Positions 59,890 through 64,000 of a stretch of DNA of 64,000 nucleotides are shown one piece after another. Made by a program: the position numbers and the translations under genes. The stretch is from the NCBI GenBank assembly GCA_048884965.1, contig JBHLQH010000008.1, positions 64,197 through 128,196 on the forward strand. The letters run 5' to 3'. Under the pieces are notes generated by a model. The model was given only the letters and a program-made list of their open reading frames with translations, searched no databases and had not been told where the DNA came from. Numbering within the stretch: the first letter of the stretch is position 1; each line of letters starts with the position of its first letter. This DNA comes from Candidatus Thorarchaeota archaeon (lineage in GTDB: Archaea > Asgardarchaeota > Thorarchaeia > Thorarchaeales > Thorarchaeaceae).

Positions 59890-59931
59890 TACTGGTCGTG
59901 TGCTGTGAGATGATCGGGGCTATAGGCAAAA
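59890..59931. repeat. dispersed structured repeat, copy 3 (partial)
   Basis: TACTGGTCGTGTGCTGTGAGATGATCGGGGCTATAGGCAAAA; 30/42 ungapped to 51451-51492. Confidence 0.6.
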
Positions 59932-59935
59932 CTAT

Positions 59936-60352
59936 CTACTCTGATGATGTATTTGCCTCATCTTCAAGTGAATCTGTATGCTGCTGTAGACCAAGTGTGT
60001 CAGCATCCATGATAGCATCGACAAAGTGACAGATGAAAGCAGCCAGTGCAAATCCAATAGCTTCGACAACGAGTATAGGCGAGAGAAAGATTATGTAGCT
60101 TGCACCAATTACGAGCGACATCGACTCAATAACGGCTATCGATATTGCAGCTATTCTTGGATGATTAACATAGAAGGTCCAATAGGGCTCTTGTCTTCTT
60201 CTGATACGCTGTTTGATAATGATTCCAGCTAATAGTGGTAAAAAGAATCCAACAAGGACCATTATCACTTGTAGAGAGTGAATCGATTGCACGTTTTCCA
60301 CCCTCCCCCGCCTAACTTCTCTTTGGTTAACCAAGAGAAGTGATGGATACAT
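59936..60352 (-). CDS. small 3-TM membrane protein
   Basis: Three hydrophobic segments; true start probably a GTG near 60302/60293 after GGGAGG. Confidence 0.6.
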   Translation of the reverse strand: MYPSLLLVNQREVRRGRVENVQSIHSLQVIMVLVGFFLPLLAGIIIKQRIRRRQEPYWTFYVNHPRIAAISIAVIESMSLVIGASYIIFLSPILVVEAIGFALAAFICHFVDAIMDADTLGLQQHTDSLEDEANTSSE

Positions 60353-60594
60353 GCCTACGATTCAAATCCTTGCTCCTCATTAACGACGCTATTAGTAGAA
60401 GGATAAAAACCTTCTTCGATTCGCACAGAAATGTAGGAAACTCTCTTTTGCCTATATTCTCATAGAAACTGTCGCATAGTACGAGCGAATTATGCCCATG
60501 CACATGATTGACTGTGACAATGTTCATCTTCACTCGACACGTTTGAACTCCTGAGCGTACAAAATCACATGAGGTTGCAGCAGCTAACATTCAT

Positions 60595-60849
60595 TTGTGT
60601 TCGCTTCCTGAACACCTACTTGAGGAGGATAAATCGATAATGCTTGAATTGCTACTGAATGACAAAGAGTACTTGATACTTGCATCTATCTCAATTGTAG
60701 TCTGTTTTATTGTGATGGCTCTCTTTGGGGACCCGAATCATTGGACTGCATTCATATTCCTTATGCTCGTTTATGGACTCGTTCTTATCGGGGGCAGGAT
60801 TGGATACAACTATCGATTAGATTATGGTGATGCGCCTTATTCTGATTAG
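60595..60849 (+). CDS. small 2-TM membrane protein
   Basis: Two hydrophobic helices; probable start ATG 60640 after GAGGAGG. Confidence 0.55.
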   Translation: MCSLPEHLLEEDKSIMLELLLNDKEYLILASISIVVCFIVMALFGDPNHWTAFIFLMLVYGLVLIGGRIGYNYRLDYGDAPYSD

Positions 60850-61568
60850 TATCCTCTTGCCAGACGAAGGATTATCTCGAACAATGCAATGTAGAAGTTC
60901 CCGCTTGGTGGAGCAATGAAGACTCCTGTATCATGGAAATATGGTCGAAGGACCCATGCCAACTGAGTTCCTACGAAGCCTAGAACGATTGTGCCAATGA
61001 AGGTAGCCATGATCCACCTCTTGTTCTCCCCATGGATTCGGCTAAATCCCTGCCAGAGATAGCTAACAGCGGTGAGGGCTGAGAGAGCGAAGAATATGAC
61101 ATTCAGGAGGATAAAGAATCCATAGGTCGCGAATGTCCGCTCAGGGGTGGTGAGTGTGAAGAATAGGGTGACAGGGAGAAAGGCAATCAGCATGGTTGTG
61201 AGGACACAGACACTTACCATGAACAAGACTGTCAGCTGTCTAAGGCTTAGGTCACCTCCAAGTATCCCGTTCAAGACATAATAGGTCGGGAGGGTGACAT
61301 AGAGTGCGATAAGGAGAAGAAGAGGAATCTTCAGTGCATCGAAGAGTATCTGTATGCCACCTGCATAGAAACCCATCACTGCCCCGTACAATGCTCCGAA
61401 GGCGAGAATTGCGATGGTCGATACAAGATAGTACTCTTTGAGATTCGTTTCTTCCTTGATGTTAGAAAAGACCTTCTCACGATCCCGGATGAATAGACTC
61501 AACGTATCGAGAAGCATCTGAACCTCCACGTAATCATTCCTCCTTTTGCTTTCGATTGAAATAAACAA
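60846..61568 (-). CDS. polytopic membrane protein (Yip1-like fold)
   Basis: YGAVMG..K.PLL..LP..Y, P..LFF, VG.QLAW.LRP.F motifs; 5-6 TM. Start probably 61529 or 61517. Confidence 0.7.
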   Translation of the reverse strand: MFISIESKRRNDYVEVQMLLDTLSLFIRDREKVFSNIKEETNLKEYYLVSTIAILAFGALYGAVMGFYAGGIQILFDALKIPLLLLIALYVTLPTYYVLNGILGGDLSLRQLTVLFMVSVCVLTTMLIAFLPVTLFFTLTTPERTFATYGFFILLNVIFFALSALTAVSYLWQGFSRIHGENKRWIMATFIGTIVLGFVGTQLAWVLRPYFHDTGVFIAPPSGNFYIALFEIILRLARGY

Positions 61569-61712
61569 TATACTATTTGATTAGTTTCATATAAAGGCTA
61601 CAACACACGCTACAAGCAACTATTTTTGGGAAACAGAAGATGGTGTATTAGCGCGCATTAATTAGGCAGATATGCAATACTGGGGCAGGTGTCTTGCACC
61701 GGAGGGAAACGT

Positions 61713-62126
61713 GTGTCAAAAGAACTGATAGATAAGCTAAATGAAGCGATATCACGTGAGATTCAGGTTAGTATCCAATACATGTGGCAACATGTCAGGA
61801 TCTACGGATTCGACCACTTGGCTATCGCCGAGGAATTGAAGAAGATTGCAGTTGAAGAGATGAAACATGCAGAGGCTATTGCCGAGCGAGTTGACTACCT
61901 TGGAGGCATTCCGACTACCAAGCCTGCAGAAATCAAGGTGGGAAACAAACCCCACGAGATGATTGAATTTGATAAGGAAGCTGAAGAAGAAGCCATAGAG
62001 ATGTACAAGAAAATCATCCAGATGGCGGAAGCTGAGAAGGACTATGTCACTAGAGAGATGTTTGAAGAAATCCTCGCAGATGAGGAAGATCATCATAACG
62101 TCTTCAGGACTCTGCTTGAGAAGTAG
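61713..62126 (+). CDS. ferritin-like / bacterioferritin-type di-iron protein
   Basis: E..V..QY, EEMKHAE, E..AI..Y, DEEDH; start refined to GTG 61713 after GGAGG. Confidence 0.88.
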   Translation: MSKELIDKLNEAISREIQVSIQYMWQHVRIYGFDHLAIAEELKKIAVEEMKHAEAIAERVDYLGGIPTTKPAEIKVGNKPHEMIEFDKEAEEEAIEMYKKIIQMAEAEKDYVTREMFEEILADEEDHHNVFRTLLEK

Positions 62127-62144
62127 TAATTCTTCAGGATAGGA

Positions 62145-62169
62145 CAAGAGCTCAATAAATGAGCTCTTG
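62145..62169. terminator. perfect 10-bp hairpin between convergent genes
   Basis: CAAGAGCTCA-ATAAA-TGAGCTCTTG between the ferritin-like and VOC stop codons. Confidence 0.55.
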
Positions 62170-62191
62170 ATAGTTTTTGGTGGGCATTGAT

Positions 62192-62584
62192 TCAATCTGA
62201 CTTGACTCGTGGATCTGCAACGAGTTGGATAGGATTACCCTCAGTATCTTCGATATTGAAGTAGGAAACCATGTCAGGAATATCAACAATATCACTCGGA
62301 GAGAGTCCCTTGCTTTCGAAATACTCCCTCGTGGTAGCTATATCCTCTACATTTATCGTCAGTAGACCAGAGCCTTTCTTTATATCTCCCTCTTGGAGAT
62401 TGATACCAAGCCTAGCGCCCTTCACAGGGAGCTCGAACTCAGCCCAGCCCACTTCAGCTCCACCATCCCAGACCTTTTCGAGGCCCATGACCTCCTCATA
62501 GAACTTCTTTGCACGATCGAAGTCCTTGACATGATACTGGAAATAGATAGAATCAGTCTTGTATGGAAATGGGTATTTAGTCAT
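62192..62584 (-). CDS. VOC/glyoxalase family protein
   Basis: VKDFDRAKKFYEEVMGL..WAEF..F..EDTEGNPIQL. Confidence 0.88.
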   Translation of the reverse strand: MTKYPFPYKTDSIYFQYHVKDFDRAKKFYEEVMGLEKVWDGGAEVGWAEFELPVKGARLGINLQEGDIKKGSGLLTINVEDIATTREYFESKGLSPSDIVDIPDMVSYFNIEDTEGNPIQLVADPRVKSD

Positions 62585-62654
62585 CTCACAACCTCTGCAC
62601 TATAGAATGTTAACTATATTTAATAGTCTTTGTGTCAACGCTTCCTGAAGATAT

Positions 62655-63620
62655 CTATACATCAAGCACAGCTATGATCATCATGGGAAAGATGATGGTT
62701 GCATCACCGATGACAGACTCGAAGGAAGCCTCTGTCTGTACCTTCTGCCAAGATACTCCTTCTTCCAGTGGAGCACCGCCAAGGCTGCCACCTTCAGGTC
62801 GGTCTAGGGTTATCTGGACAGCTAAATCAAGCCCTCCTCGAAGAATAGTACTTCCCATAGTGAAGTGCTTTGTAAGACCCCCACCAAGCATGATAGCCCC
62901 GGTTCTTTTCGACTCAGTGACCATCTCTCCAAGTATCCGGAGGTCCTTCACAAAGTCCAAGGACAGCTTGGCTGACGTACTATAGGTGTACAAGTGGAAC
63001 CCCAGCATCGAATCCATAAGGCCAGGAGAGAATATAGGGACTCCTTTCAATGACGCCTGTCTAACAATGGACGCGTTATCTTCCACGGTGTCACCAAGCT
63101 TCTTGATGAACTCGCTAGGTGACAGTGAGATCCGTTCGTGCTCTGTCAATGAGTCAATAAACTCGTAGATTCTTGATTCAAAGATTTCAAAGTCGCGCTC
63201 TTGCACATACAGATCTGCAATCCTTCCCATTCCAGCCTCTCGAAGCTCAGAGTCCTCCTTATGCCTAGGTACTCGGTAGTGAGACCCTCCATAGGCCTCA
63301 ACGAGGTCGTGAACGATATTCGCACCACTGGTGATGATGACATCGATGTAGCCTTCTTGGACCAAGTATGATATGACCTTCCTCAAGCCACCAGGGACCA
63401 TCGGGCCAGATAATGCCAGATAGGTTAGGCAATCGGGATCATTGAACATCTTGGAAACAATTGTAGTAGCCCTACCAAGACGACCTGCTCCTAGCACTCC
63501 GACATCTCTCATAGAGCTTAGAAGTGCGGACACGGTCTTCGCATTTTCGGGGTCAATGTGTTCCACTTTGTCCACATCAGTCACCGAGCATCGAACCATG
63601 CTACTATCGAGATAAGTCAT
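62655..63620 (-). CDS. dys: deoxyhypusine synthase
   Basis: SG.MVPGGLR, TSGANIVHD, GGGLTKH, GGSLGGAPLEEGVSWQK. Confidence 0.92.
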   Translation of the reverse strand: MTYLDSSMVRCSVTDVDKVEHIDPENAKTVSALLSSMRDVGVLGAGRLGRATTIVSKMFNDPDCLTYLALSGPMVPGGLRKVISYLVQEGYIDVIITSGANIVHDLVEAYGGSHYRVPRHKEDSELREAGMGRIADLYVQERDFEIFESRIYEFIDSLTEHERISLSPSEFIKKLGDTVEDNASIVRQASLKGVPIFSPGLMDSMLGFHLYTYSTSAKLSLDFVKDLRILGEMVTESKRTGAIMLGGGLTKHFTMGSTILRGGLDLAVQITLDRPEGGSLGGAPLEEGVSWQKVQTEASFESVIGDATIIFPMMIIAVLDV

Positions 63621-63861
63621 TCGGAGAAGAATGGGGTTTATAGAATATAGCCAGGAAGTGTGCGAACCCGAGATGCTTGGGAGGGCTTGACCCAGATTCG
63701 CACACCGTCCTCCAAGATACTGTTATGCAATCTTCTTGTTAGGTATTGCCCACTCTCGTTGTATCCTTATGTGCACACAAACATCTTGGAGAGATTTCCG
63801 AAAGTAATCTACTACACTTCAGTCCATAATCTTAAACAGGAAACCAGCTCTCATTAGAACC

Positions 63862-64000
63862 ATGCAGACCTTTGTCAGCACATTCTCATTCGTCATCGTC
63901 TTGATCGCTCTCGTTATTCAGATGATATGGATCTCGCTAGCTCGTAAAGCAAGGGACACATATCTGGGAGATCTAGCATCATTTCGAAAGCCTTCGAGCA
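63862..64000 (+). CDS. membrane protein, 5' part only (runs off window)
   Basis: MQTFVSTFSFVIVLIALVIQMIWISLARKARDTYLGDLASFRKPSS..., open to the window edge. Confidence 0.5.
   Translation, partial: MQTFVSTFSFVIVLIALVIQMIWISLARKARDTYLGDLASFRKPSS

Noticed and set aside
51451-59931. Repeat as a CRISPR repeat (contains GTTTTAGA) or as integron attC
   Set aside because: Copies are kilobases apart and degenerate, and there are no cas genes. No RYYYAAC...GTTRRRY core pair in a single long hairpin and no IntI in the window.
60327-60590. 87-aa minus-strand ORF
   Set aside because: No motif or clear RBS; it spans the likely divergent promoter region between two membrane genes.
49000-61600. Provirus or IS element explaining the accessory block
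   Set aside because: No integrase, transposase, capsid or terminal inverted repeats seen, and no flanking tRNA-derived att pair.

Overview
Gene-dense archaeal chromosome segment, most likely from an Asgard archaeon (Thorarchaeia-like). This is inferred from a ribophorin-I homologue, a TPR+longin-like protein, an RPA32-like OB+wH protein and full-length Hef. 1-49 kb is mostly housekeeping: gcvPA/PB, intron-containing tRNA-Gln(UUG), an N-glycosylation pair (DOMON/FKBP/Ig/ribophorin-I fusion divergent from an AglH/GPT), the topo VI-Dim2-Rio1-aIF1A-Nmd3 cluster, aIF2beta, RPA, FEN1, aEF1beta, Cdc48, AOR-DeoC, Hef, GlmU, a split A-type ATPase operon (F-A-[UDG, membrane protein]-B), pyrI, SRP54, TrmY, a DRG GTPase, TrmJ and uL16. 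About 49.1-60.4 kb is an accessory block, all on the minus strand, with a modular layout. Three co-oriented, degenerate copies of a structured non-coding element (~51451-51538, 55293-55360, 59890-59931) delimit two 'large regulator + secreted protein(s)' modules. Two of the secreted genes share a 116-bp three-block promoter with identical spacing, and each secreted gene ends in a hairpin + U-tract. No integrase, transposase or CRISPR array is visible. All calls come from motif reading and hand alignment; no searches were run.
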